40,095 nt of DNA from a virus, in the IMG/VR virus record IMGVR_UViG_2799112531_000001, positions 1 through 40,095 of that record; one strand, given 5' to 3'. Positions within the stretch are counted from its first letter, which is position 1. The number at the start of each line of letters is the position of its first letter. Made by a program: the position numbers and the translations under genes. Below the pieces are notes generated by a model. The model saw nothing but the letters and a program-made list of their open reading frames with translations. It ran no database searches and was not told the DNA's origin. Positions 1 to 6,665 of this stretch are shown piece by piece.

Positions 1-99
1 TGGTCCACAGGCCCTTGCCCATGCAGGCGATCACCAGGTCCCCGTTGTCCAGCGCCGCCTTGGCTTGGGCGTGATAGGGGCTGTTGGCGTTGCCGTAGA
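1..99. repeat. 99-bp terminal direct repeat, copy A (identical to 39997..40095)
   Basis: Read directly: the first 99 bases equal the last 99 bases. This is the typical overlap of a circular molecule linearised by an assembler. Confidence 0.95.
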
Positions 100-385
100 T
101 ATAGGCCGGGGTGATCTGCTTGCAGTCCAGGCCGTACCGCTTGGCGGCGGCGGCGAAGTAGGGGTAGGCCGTGCCCTGATGGGGGTACTTGTACCCGTGG
201 GCCAGGGCCCAGGCCGCCTCCGTCTTGGGCGTAACGGACGGGTCCGCCCAGGTAGCCAGCACCATAGCCATGGCTGTGGGGCCGCAGCCCGCCCGTCCGA
301 TGGTGGTGCTTTCCCCTTTGGCGGAGTAAGGGATATTCGCCCACTTGTGGTCCGTCTGGAGATAGGAAACAGGCTGTTTATTCAT
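1..385 (-). CDS. Endolysin, 5' part: papain-like (peptidase C39-like) cysteine peptidase domain; continues across the junction into 39527..39996
   Basis: ATG at 385 preceded by GGAGAGGAG. Hand translation: MNKQPVSYLQTDHKWANIPYSAKGESTTIGRAGCGPTAMAMVLATW... The frame runs off base 1 and, through the 99-bp overlap, is in frame with ORF 39527..40030 (385+470 nt = 285 codons). The Cys (GCGPT) ... His (SSGHYVLV) ... NDP order fits C39-like peptidases. The start overlaps the holin stop. Confidence 0.8.
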   Translation of the reverse strand, partial: MNKQPVSYLQTDHKWANIPYSAKGESTTIGRAGCGPTAMAMVLATWADPSVTPKTEAAWALAHGYKYPHQGTAYPYFAAAAKRYGLDCKQITPAYIYGNANSPYHAQAKAALDNGDLVIACMGKGLWT

Positions 386-578
386 TGGAGGTCTCCTCTC
401 CGCTGTCCTTTGAGCGCTTGGTAAAGAAGTAGGTGACGATGGCCCCGTAGGCGGTGCAGAAGAGGCTTTGGGCCTCCGGGTTCGGCGTCCCGCCGTAGAA
501 AAGCAGGGCGATCATTGCCGCTGTCATCGCCAGTGTGACAATGCTTTTCACGTCGATCAGGTCCAGGATCTTCTTCAT
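378..578 (-). CDS. Holin (66 aa, two hydrophobic helices, charged C-terminus)
   Basis: MKKILDLIDVKSIVTLAMTAAMIALLFYGG...GAIVTYFFTKRSKDSGEETSNE. It overlaps the endolysin start (ATGAATAA) and the upstream gene stop. Confidence 0.7.
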   Translation of the reverse strand: MKKILDLIDVKSIVTLAMTAAMIALLFYGGTPNPEAQSLFCTAYGAIVTYFFTKRSKDSGEETSNE

Positions 579-796
579 TTACTCGCCCCCTCCAAAATGT
601 CCAAACGATGGTTGATGTTTTCGATCTTTTCCTCGACGACAGGCATTCGCTTTGCGAAGTTGTTGTGTTCCCGGACTTCCCGTGTGAGCTCTTCCAGTTT
701 GGTGTCCGTCACCGCCTGGGCCTTGCTGTTTGAGATAAGTACCCCGATGAGGGTGATAGCCCCGGTTATGAGGGCGACGATGATTTCCCCTGACAT
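575..796 (-). CDS. Small N-terminally membrane-anchored coiled-coil protein (holin-associated, XhlA-like in size and context)
   Basis: 73 aa: N-terminal TM IIVALITGAITLIGVLI followed by a heptad-like charged helix. Translationally coupled to the holin. Confidence 0.55.
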   Translation of the reverse strand: MSGEIIVALITGAITLIGVLISNSKAQAVTDTKLEELTREVREHNNFAKRMPVVEEKIENINHRLDILEGASK

Positions 797-814
797 AGCA
801 GTCGCCTCACTTCC

Positions 815-2605
815 TTATACGACCCCGGCAGTTGTGCCGAGCTCGTTTACCTTGCGCTGAAGGGCGGAGTAGCCGCCGCCGGTGGGCACCTCCATCTTCT
901 GGCCCTGGTCTGCGACGCCGCCCTCCGGCGCGGGGGCCGGTCCGCCGCCTCCCTTCTCCGGGGGAACCATAGCCGCCTGCATCTGGGCCTGCTGCTCCAT
1001 CTGCTGCCGCAGCTCCTCCACCAGCTTTCGCCGCTCCGGGATGTACCCGTCGGGGATGCGCTCCAGGTATTGCAGAATGGTGATCTTGTCCATCTGAAGC
1101 AGGTTGTCTAGGGTCTGGATAGACGCGATCTCCGAGTAGTAGGAAGAAGCGCCCACGTCCAGCTTCAGCTCCATGGGCATATCCTTCAGGGTGGAGAAAT
1201 CAAAGTCCATGGGCACCTCTGTCGGTACCTTCTGTTCGATAAATTCAATGGCCTGCTTCACCGGCTCCGGAGTGGGCACATCCACCGCCCGGGTTCCGTA
1301 GTAGTGGGCCATAAACTCGATGAAGATGCGGTACTGGTCCTCCACCGCCTGATAGAGATTCTGTTTCGTGATCTCCGACGGGGTGGACGCCGCCCGCTGC
1401 AGGGCGATGATGGCGGATGTATTGTCCGGCCGGGTGTCGCCCAGAGCCACCGACGTGGCGCCCAGGCTCTCTTCCGTCTGATTGACGGCAAGCTGGATAA
1501 ACTCGCTGATTTGGGGAGAGATGGCCGGCGGGTTCAGGATGGAGGCCACGTCGTTGGGGTTGCCGCCGTTGATGCCGATGGCCGCCCCCACCCGGTTGTC
1601 CCACTTGGCGATCCGCGTCTTGTCGTAGACGATCTTGGGATAGGCCGTGGTCATCAGGGAGAGCTGAGACATGGCCCATACCTTGTTGATGAAGATTTGG
1701 TTGGGGATCAGGCCGGTGATCATGGCCTGGCCGTGATAGCTGTCCTGGACGTAATCCCAGTTCAGCCACACCAGGGGATACCGGCGGATGTTCAGGTTCC
1801 AGGGCTTTCTTATGTCGCAGTTCTGGGCGCACTTGAAGCCCCAAATTTCCTTGGTCTTCCGGTCCCGCCACAGCAGCAGGAGGGTGGTCACCTTGTCGGT
1901 GGTCTCCTTGGCGCTGTCCCCCTGGCGGTTGTCCGGGTCCGCCCCGATGGCCTCCCACTCGGAAAAGCCGTTGTCCCGGGCTTCCCGCTGGGCCTGGCCG
2001 ATCATCTCCCGCCGTTCGATGATGATATAGGGCTGAGACTGTACACGGCGGTCATTGGGGTTCCCGAAATGGACCCGGGTGTTTTCCAGCAGCTCGGTCT
2101 TCACCGCGCCCTTGGCCTTCTGCCCCGTGTCCTCCTCCGGGTCCCAGTAGGTATAGATGCAGCCGTCCCCGTCCACCGCCGCGTTCCGGGCAAACTCCCG
2201 GATGAGAGGCGGGATGCTGTTCCGCTCCGTGATGGCGTCCAGCTCCTCGTTGACGATCCGGGTGGGCTCCACCAGGTCGTTGGTGCCGGGGGTGGCGGAC
2301 AGCGGCGTCGCATTGACCTTGATGTTGTCGCTGGTGATGGTGGCCACGATGAAGCAGCACACCCGTTTCAGGATGTTGAATACCGGGGTGGGCAGGCCGT
2401 TGGAGACAACGCCCTCCCATTGCTTCCCGATGAAGAAATTCTCGTTGACCCGCACTGTCTCGTTCAGGTCGATGGAGGTGTTGAAGGCAAGGCATTTCAA
2501 ATACCGCTTCCATACCATTTCATGGGTGGGAAGGGTGCCGTCCTCTCCCGCCTTGTGGGTGTAGAGGCCGCTGGTGTCCGGGACCTGCTTACTCGTCTCC
2601 GCCAT
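815..2605 (-). CDS. Portal protein
   Basis: 596-aa ORF downstream of terL, RBS AAGGCGGTGA. Size, acidic/Gly-rich C-terminal tail and position are typical of portals. No HMM run. Confidence 0.75.
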   Translation of the reverse strand: MAETSKQVPDTSGLYTHKAGEDGTLPTHEMVWKRYLKCLAFNTSIDLNETVRVNENFFIGKQWEGVVSNGLPTPVFNILKRVCCFIVATITSDNIKVNATPLSATPGTNDLVEPTRIVNEELDAITERNSIPPLIREFARNAAVDGDGCIYTYWDPEEDTGQKAKGAVKTELLENTRVHFGNPNDRRVQSQPYIIIERREMIGQAQREARDNGFSEWEAIGADPDNRQGDSAKETTDKVTTLLLLWRDRKTKEIWGFKCAQNCDIRKPWNLNIRRYPLVWLNWDYVQDSYHGQAMITGLIPNQIFINKVWAMSQLSLMTTAYPKIVYDKTRIAKWDNRVGAAIGINGGNPNDVASILNPPAISPQISEFIQLAVNQTEESLGATSVALGDTRPDNTSAIIALQRAASTPSEITKQNLYQAVEDQYRIFIEFMAHYYGTRAVDVPTPEPVKQAIEFIEQKVPTEVPMDFDFSTLKDMPMELKLDVGASSYYSEIASIQTLDNLLQMDKITILQYLERIPDGYIPERRKLVEELRQQMEQQAQMQAAMVPPEKGGGGPAPAPEGGVADQGQKMEVPTGGGYSALQRKVNELGTTAGVV

Positions 2606-2939
2606 TGCCGTTCACCGCCTTTCTGGCCTGGGCCATGTCGTAGTTGAGGATGTTGTGCATCCCCTCCAGGACCATCTGCTCCTGTCTGTCCCGGGCTTTC
2701 ACAGCCTCGGACATTTCCCTCACCTGAGTTTCCAGGGCAGGCACCGCGTCCCGCAGGGCCTTCACGTCCTTGACCACGGCGTCCCGGTCCTCCTGAAGCA
2801 CGGAGAGCCGGTCATTCTGCCGGGAGATGGTTTCATACAGGCCGTTGATCTCCCGCTGCTGGTCCTTCCGCTTCCCGTCCAGGAACGTAAAGCACCCGAA
2901 CAGAATGCCGAAAACAACGGCAACTGCAAGATATTCCAT
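2589..2939 (-). CDS. Membrane-anchored coiled-coil protein, unknown function (116 aa)
   Basis: Internal ATG at 2939 with RBS GGAGGA. MEYLAVAVVFGILFGCFTFL (TM) followed by a long charged helix. Overlaps the portal start by 17 nt. The longer track ORF (to 3305) overlaps terL and looks spurious. Confidence 0.6.
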   Translation of the reverse strand: MEYLAVAVVFGILFGCFTFLDGKRKDQQREINGLYETISRQNDRLSVLQEDRDAVVKDVKALRDAVPALETQVREMSEAVKARDRQEQMVLEGMHNILNYDMAQARKAVNGNGGDE

Positions 2940-2961
2940 GTGCTTCCTCCATTCTTCACGC

Positions 2962-3020
2962 TTGCTTGTGTTTGCTTCCGGCTTGCTTGGCGTTGCTTGC
3001 CGCTTGCTTATAACTTGCTT
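2962..3020. repeat. Six helically phased TTGCTT repeats (AAGCAA on the minus strand)
   Basis: TTGCTT starts at 2962, 2972, 2983, 2993, 3004 and 3015 (spacing 10-11 bp). They fill the intergenic gap immediately after the terL stop. Confidence 0.9.
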
Positions 3021-4527
3021 ACCCGGCGCCCAGATAGGAGGCCGTGACCTCGCCGCCGCACATATAGGAGGTGTAGTCCTCGCCGGCCTCATCGTCGTCG
3101 TAGTCCAAAATATCCATGAGACTGATCTTCTTCCTTCCGGCCTGGTCCTCTGCCTGGGCGGGGAGGACGCGGGAAATGGCGTAATATCGAACACCGTCCA
3201 CGGTGTGGGTGACCTCGTGGGGGTCCTTGGCGCAGTCGTCGGGGTTGTTCTCGTCGGCCTGGATGTCCTGGAGGTCTCCGATGACCCCCTTGCAGGTCCG
3301 GTCAAAGAACATCATGCCGGGCAGGGTCTCCGGGCTCTTCCCGTCCTTGTCCTTGAAGAGGGCCCGGACGTAGGGATCGTTCAGGGGCTTGGGGGCCAGC
3401 GCCTCCTTGATGAGGTTGTGGCCCTGGACCCGGTTGTTGCTGGCCTTGACCAGCCCGATCCCGTTGAGCATGAAGAGCTCCGCCATAGTCTTGCCGGTGT
3501 CCTTCTGTCTCGACCACATATCCGGCGGGGCGTAGGTGGCGAAGGGCTCCTGCCCCTCCGGGGTGAGGTCGTGCATCTTGGCCGCCGCCTCCCGGACGAT
3601 GAGGCCCTTCCGGGTGTATTCCCGGACGCACCAGGACCGCCCGTCCTCGTCTACCGCCCACCAGAAGCAGGCGAACATATCCAGGCCGTAGTCGAAGGAG
3701 CAGTACCGCGCCCAGTGCTTGGGTATCTCGAAGGGCTTGCAGGTGTGGAGCCCCACGGAGAATTCCGGGAAGTAGTTGCCCCCGATGGCGTTCCAGTCGC
3801 CGTAGCGATAGGCCCGCCGCTTGTCCTCAGGCATATTGGCCAGCATCCGCACGTAGCCGGGGGAGGATTCCATCAGGTGATAGTTGTCCTCCACCGTGGC
3901 GAAGATGAAGTTGTAGTCCTCGGGGTTTTCGTTCTCCTCGGGATTGTCCGGGTTCTGCTTGTACTGCTTGTCGATAAACAGCCGCTTCACCCATCGGTGC
4001 CCGACGCCCCCGGGGTTGCAGGTGAGGTACATCCGCTTGGGGAATTGGTTGACGCCTCTCAGACAGCCCCCCAGGAAGTTGAAGGACCGTTCCGAGAACT
4101 GGGTGGCCTCGTCGATGAAGATCCAGTCGTATTCCAGACCGTTGTACTCGTCCTCGGAGGCGTCGCCACTCCAATGCCCAAACTTGATGGTGGACCCGTT
4201 GTGGAAGGTCATGAGGTGGGTGGTGGCGTTGTAGGACGCCAGCTCCCTGGGCACCATCTTCACAACAGGCCGGATGTGGTTCTCCTCCAGCTCCGGGTAG
4301 GTCCGGCGCATAATGAGGATTTTGATGCCCGGGTTGGCAATGGCCCCGCCGACGGCTTTAATGCGGACGGCGTGGGTTTTGCCGCCGCCCTTGGCCCCGC
4401 CGTAGGCGGTATAGGTGGCCCGGGACTGATAGAAAAGAAGCTGCTTGGGGTTCGCCTCGCCGGCGTCCCACACCACATCCTTCTTCTGGCTTTTCTGGAT
4501 CGGTTTCCGTTTCGCCGTGAAGCTCAC
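3019..4527 (-). CDS. terL: Terminase large subunit
   Basis: Walker A YGGAKGGGKTHA, Walker B WIFIDEATQF, C-terminal nuclease-type half, 502 aa. The annotated GTG start has a poorly spaced SD, so the true start may be a downstream GTG (about aa 18-19). Confidence 0.9.
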   Translation of the reverse strand: MSFTAKRKPIQKSQKKDVVWDAGEANPKQLLFYQSRATYTAYGGAKGGGKTHAVRIKAVGGAIANPGIKILIMRRTYPELEENHIRPVVKMVPRELASYNATTHLMTFHNGSTIKFGHWSGDASEDEYNGLEYDWIFIDEATQFSERSFNFLGGCLRGVNQFPKRMYLTCNPGGVGHRWVKRLFIDKQYKQNPDNPEENENPEDYNFIFATVEDNYHLMESSPGYVRMLANMPEDKRRAYRYGDWNAIGGNYFPEFSVGLHTCKPFEIPKHWARYCSFDYGLDMFACFWWAVDEDGRSWCVREYTRKGLIVREAAAKMHDLTPEGQEPFATYAPPDMWSRQKDTGKTMAELFMLNGIGLVKASNNRVQGHNLIKEALAPKPLNDPYVRALFKDKDGKSPETLPGMMFFDRTCKGVIGDLQDIQADENNPDDCAKDPHEVTHTVDGVRYYAISRVLPAQAEDQAGRKKISLMDILDYDDDEAGEDYTSYMCGGEVTASYLGAG

Positions 4528-4599
4528 CCCTTTTCACTTTGAATTGGTCCCCCGTCCCGGCCTTGCACCGAACTATGCGCCTTCTGCGCCGGGGGATGA

Positions 4600-4618
4600 G
4601 GGAGGCTTGACGCCTCCC
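4600..4618 (-). promoter_or_regulatory. Hairpin GGGAGGC-ttgac-GCCTCCC in the terL leader
   Basis: Perfect 7-bp inverted repeat read in the sequence, with no adjacent U-run. Confidence 0.5.
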
Positions 4619-4659
4619 CGCGAAGGGAGATAGATGGAGAAAGAAACTATCCCGCACGT

Positions 4660-4689
4660 GCCGGAGGGAAAGAAGCCAAACCCCCCGGC
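4660..4689 (-). promoter_or_regulatory. 9-bp stem hairpin directly 3' of the tRNA
   Basis: On the minus strand: GCCGGGGGG-uuuggcuucuuu-CCCUCCGGC (one G-U pair), beginning 1 nt after the tRNA CCA. A U-rich stretch follows about 15 nt later. Confidence 0.5.
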
Positions 4690-4690
4690 A

Positions 4691-4764
4691 TGGCACCGAC
4701 AAATGGAGTTGAACCATTTCCCGCGGGGTCAAAACCCGCCGTGCTTCCGTTACACAATATCGGC
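4691..4764 (-). tRNA. tRNA-Gln (anticodon UUG), CCA encoded
   Basis: Hand-folded cloverleaf, 74 nt. Acceptor GCCGATA/TGTCGGT (two G-U pairs). D arm GTGT-AACGGAA-GCAC. Anticodon arm GCGGG-TTTTGAC-CCCGC (U33, anticodon TTG, A37). Variable loop 4 nt. T arm AATGG-TTCAACT-CCATT. Discriminator G followed by CCA. Confidence 0.8.
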
Positions 4765-4770
4765 ATACAG

Positions 4771-4823
4771 CAAAACCCCGGAGAGAAGGCCGCCGCGTGT
4801 CCGCAGCAGCCCCTTTCCGGGGT
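4771..4823 (-). terminator. Long imperfect hairpin plus UUUUG (intrinsic-terminator-like) immediately upstream of the tRNA
   Basis: On the minus strand: ACCCCGGA-AAGG-gg-CUGCUGCG-gaca-CGCGGCGG-CCUU-cuc-UCCGGGGU followed by UUUUG. Confidence 0.6.
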
Positions 4824-4876
4824 CTCGTCTGTTTGGAGGAAAACAGAAATGCGAAAGGAGAGATCTATGCTTCTGC
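4771..4876 (-). ncRNA. Candidate 105-nt promoter-proximal leader or sRNA
   Basis: Bounded by the consensus promoter (4883-4911) and the terminator-like hairpin. Contains hairpin CUGUUU-UCCUCC-AAACAG (4829-4846), whose loop is complementary to GGAGGA Shine-Dalgarno sequences. Contains no ORF. Confidence 0.3.
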
Positions 4877-4882
4877 ACCTTA

Positions 4883-4911
4883 AGTATACTATCCGTATTT
4901 TCTCATGTCAA
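4883..4911 (-). promoter_or_regulatory. Near-consensus sigma70-type promoter TTGACA-17 nt-TATACT
   Basis: -35 at 4906-4911 and -10 at 4883-4888 on the minus strand, exact 17-nt spacer, embedded in an AT-rich patch. Confidence 0.7.
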
Positions 4912-4954
4912 TACAAATACTATAAGTAATCAAACGGCACAAAAAATAAGCCCT

Positions 4955-5113
4955 CTACCCGATAAGAATCGTCAGCGTGGTTTCCTTCGGCCACCGCTTC
5001 CCTTGATAGGGCATGACCCGGACGGACACGAACAGCCTTTCCCGACACATGATCCGGTTGATCTCCTCCATCACCTCTGCCAGGTCCTTCCTGTCAATAT
5101 GAAGCCGCGTCAT
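4955..5113 (-). CDS. Hypothetical 52-aa protein
   Basis: ATG at 5113 preceded by GGGAGGGGA with 4-nt spacing. MTRLHIDRKDLAEVMEEINRIMCRERLFVSVRVMPYQGKRWPKETTLTILIG. No recognisable motif. Confidence 0.45.
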   Translation of the reverse strand: MTRLHIDRKDLAEVMEEINRIMCRERLFVSVRVMPYQGKRWPKETTLTILIG

Positions 5114-5166
5114 TCCATCCCCTCCCAATGGGCATAGTACGCCCCCTTGTGCCACCCTTTGTTATT

Positions 5167-5435
5167 TCTGAACGGGTACCTTTTCTCGAAGGGTACCCCC
5201 TCTTTTTCCGCCCGGGGTCTTTGTTTAACTTTCTGAAAGATTGGCTGTCTCGTGGTTATCTTTTGAAAACCCTTTGTTTTTCACGAGATTCTAACTTGCC
5301 GGTAACTTTCTGCGGTTGATGTTGAAGAAGTGGTTTTCAGGTGGGTCTGAAGCGCGCGTGACTGAGGGGGATGTTTTGGGAAGCGTCTGAAATGTGCGTG
5401 GTGAAGTGTTTCCGGATAGGTCTGAAACGTGTATG
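5167..5435. repeat. Five same-orientation TCTGAA repeats, three of them 15-mers (TCTGAAGCGCGCGTG, TCTGAAATGTGCGTG, TCTGAAACGTGTATG)
   Basis: TCTGAA starts at 5167, 5232, 5346, 5386 and 5421. There is also a GGGTACC/GGTACCC hairpin at 5174-5198. Confidence 0.8.
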
Positions 5436-5482
5436 TAATATTCTTTACGGGAAAATTTTTTCCGCCGCCCGTTTTTCCGGGT

Positions 5483-5575
5483 GGGGGGATAAGGTCCATC
5501 AAAAAATCATCCACCCCGGACCGGCCCCGGACCGGCGGCACAGCACCACCCCACCCCGGGGACCTTATCGCCCCC
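5483..5575. repeat. Long-range inverted repeat GGGGGGATAAGGTCC / GGACCTTATCGCCCCC enclosing a C-tract/G-tract field
   Basis: The arms lie at 5483-5497 and 5560-5575. Inside is a perfect tandem CCCCGGACCGG x2 (5514-5535). Downstream lie CCCAGG x2 and CCTGTCAG x2 (about 5575-5630). Confidence 0.8.
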
Positions 5576-5676
5576 AGGCCCAGGCCCCCGGACCCTCCAG
5601 CCGAAATCCCCTGTCAGAATCCTGTCAGCCGAGCGGAGCACCGTTTGTAATTGACGTTTCCGTAAAGGTATAAGGT

Positions 5677-6123
5677 TTACTTGAACGCCTCCAGCCCGCC
5701 GATCCCGTCAATCTTGATCGTAACGGAGCTGTCGTTCTGCTGCTGTTGGATGTCCTGATACCCGCCGTTCTTCGGCTGCTTCAGCTGGAAGATAACATTA
5801 CTCGATGTAGTCCTGCTCTTCTCCAGCTCCTTTACCAACCGATCTTCCCGGTAGGCCACCAGCTTTTTTACAGCGTCTTCGGCCTCTCTTTTGTCTCTCT
5901 CCTCCCACACCTTCTTCTCCTCATCCGTCTTACACCGATGCTCCCAGGCGCCGCCGTCAGGGTTCCGGCCTTTGGAGAGGTATTCGTATTCGCTGGGCTT
6001 CACGCCGAGATAAGACCAAAGGGCGTGATCCGTCGGAGCGAAGCCTTCCGCCTGGGAAAGCTCGATGAAAGCGTTGATATGCTTGACAAAATCGGAGATG
6101 TTTGCAATATTCTTTCTTCTCAT
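5677..6123 (-). CDS. terS: Terminase small subunit
   Basis: 148 aa, RBS AAGGAGG. The N-terminal HTH-like segment and C-terminal ...NVIFQLKQPKNGGYQD resemble Firmicutes-phage small terminases. It lies upstream of terL. Confidence 0.7.
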   Translation of the reverse strand: MRRKNIANISDFVKHINAFIELSQAEGFAPTDHALWSYLGVKPSEYEYLSKGRNPDGGAWEHRCKTDEEKKVWEERDKREAEDAVKKLVAYREDRLVKELEKSRTTSSNVIFQLKQPKNGGYQDIQQQQNDSSVTIKIDGIGGLEAFK

Positions 6124-6151
6124 TCTGCATACCTCCTTCCTTGTTGTAGGT

Positions 6152-6190
6152 AAAAGAAAAGCGGCCCTGACAATAATGTCTGGCCGCTTT
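6152..6190 (-). terminator. Intrinsic terminator-like hairpin about 30 nt upstream of the terS start
   Basis: On the minus strand: AAAGCGGCC-agacattattgtcag-GGCCGCTTT followed by TCTTTT. Confidence 0.65.
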
Positions 6191-6422
6191 CAAAATAAAC
6201 AATTTTCGCTGGTATGCTCTGGAGCAGGGCGCCGGCGACGCTTACCGCTTGTCGCCTTGCGCGTTTACTTATCCCGCCCACCAACCTAGCATATTTTTTT
6301 GCAAAAGTCAAGTGTTCCTAGTCAAATTTATGCATTATAACGCGTTCATTTAATTATTTAGTAGTATTGCACAGAGTATACTTATACTATTTGTGCATTA
6401 TTATTGTTGCGGACGCAACATT

Positions 6423-6629
6423 TTAAGGGTTTTCGGTCTCTTCGGGGCTTCCTTGGGAAATATACGCCTCCATCGCCTCCCGCAGCACGGTATTGACCCG
6501 ATCACCCCGAGCAGCACACGCGGACTTGAAATCATCCAGGAGCTGACGCCGCACCTTCACCGTCTGATACGCCATGTTATCAGCGTCCCACTTCGCGTTG
6601 CTGGCCTTCTTCGCCTCACTGACTGCCAT
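6423..6629 (-). CDS. Ribbon-helix-helix (CopG/Arc-like) DNA-binding protein
   Basis: 68 aa: ...KKASNAKWDADNMAYQTVKVRRQLLDDFKSACAARGDRVNTVLREAMEAYI. This is the pattern of small RHH regulators. RBS GGAAGGAG. Confidence 0.65.
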   Translation of the reverse strand: MAVSEAKKASNAKWDADNMAYQTVKVRRQLLDDFKSACAARGDRVNTVLREAMEAYISQGSPEETENP

Positions 6630-6665
6630 CTATATCCGCTCCTTCCAGCAGAGAAATATATACAT

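Noticed and set aside
65-424. 119-aa plus-strand ORF at the window start
   Set aside because: Antisense to the endolysin 5' part, which has a strong RBS, catalytic motifs and translational coupling to the holin.
2962-3020. CRISPR-like array (regularly spaced short repeats)
   Set aside because: The repeat unit is only 6-7 bp with 3-5 bp between copies, far below CRISPR repeat/spacer dimensions, and there are no cas genes. Interpreted as a phased protein-binding array.
2940-3305. Upstream extension of ORF 2589..3305 (238 aa)
   Set aside because: The extension overlaps the terL 3' end and the repeat array, and its translation is T/P/R-rich. An internal ATG at 2939 with RBS GGAGGA gives a coherent TM coiled-coil protein.
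4528-4690. Possible second tRNA next to tRNA-Gln
   Set aside because: No T-loop (GTTCRANYC-like) or acceptor pairing could be built. Only simple hairpins are present.
5281-5673. Track ORFs 5281..5541 (-), 5371..5673 (+) and 5429..5650 (+) inside the terS-terL island
   Set aside because: They have no RBS, P/G/R/T-rich low-complexity translations, and span obvious DNA repeats. Treated as non-coding.
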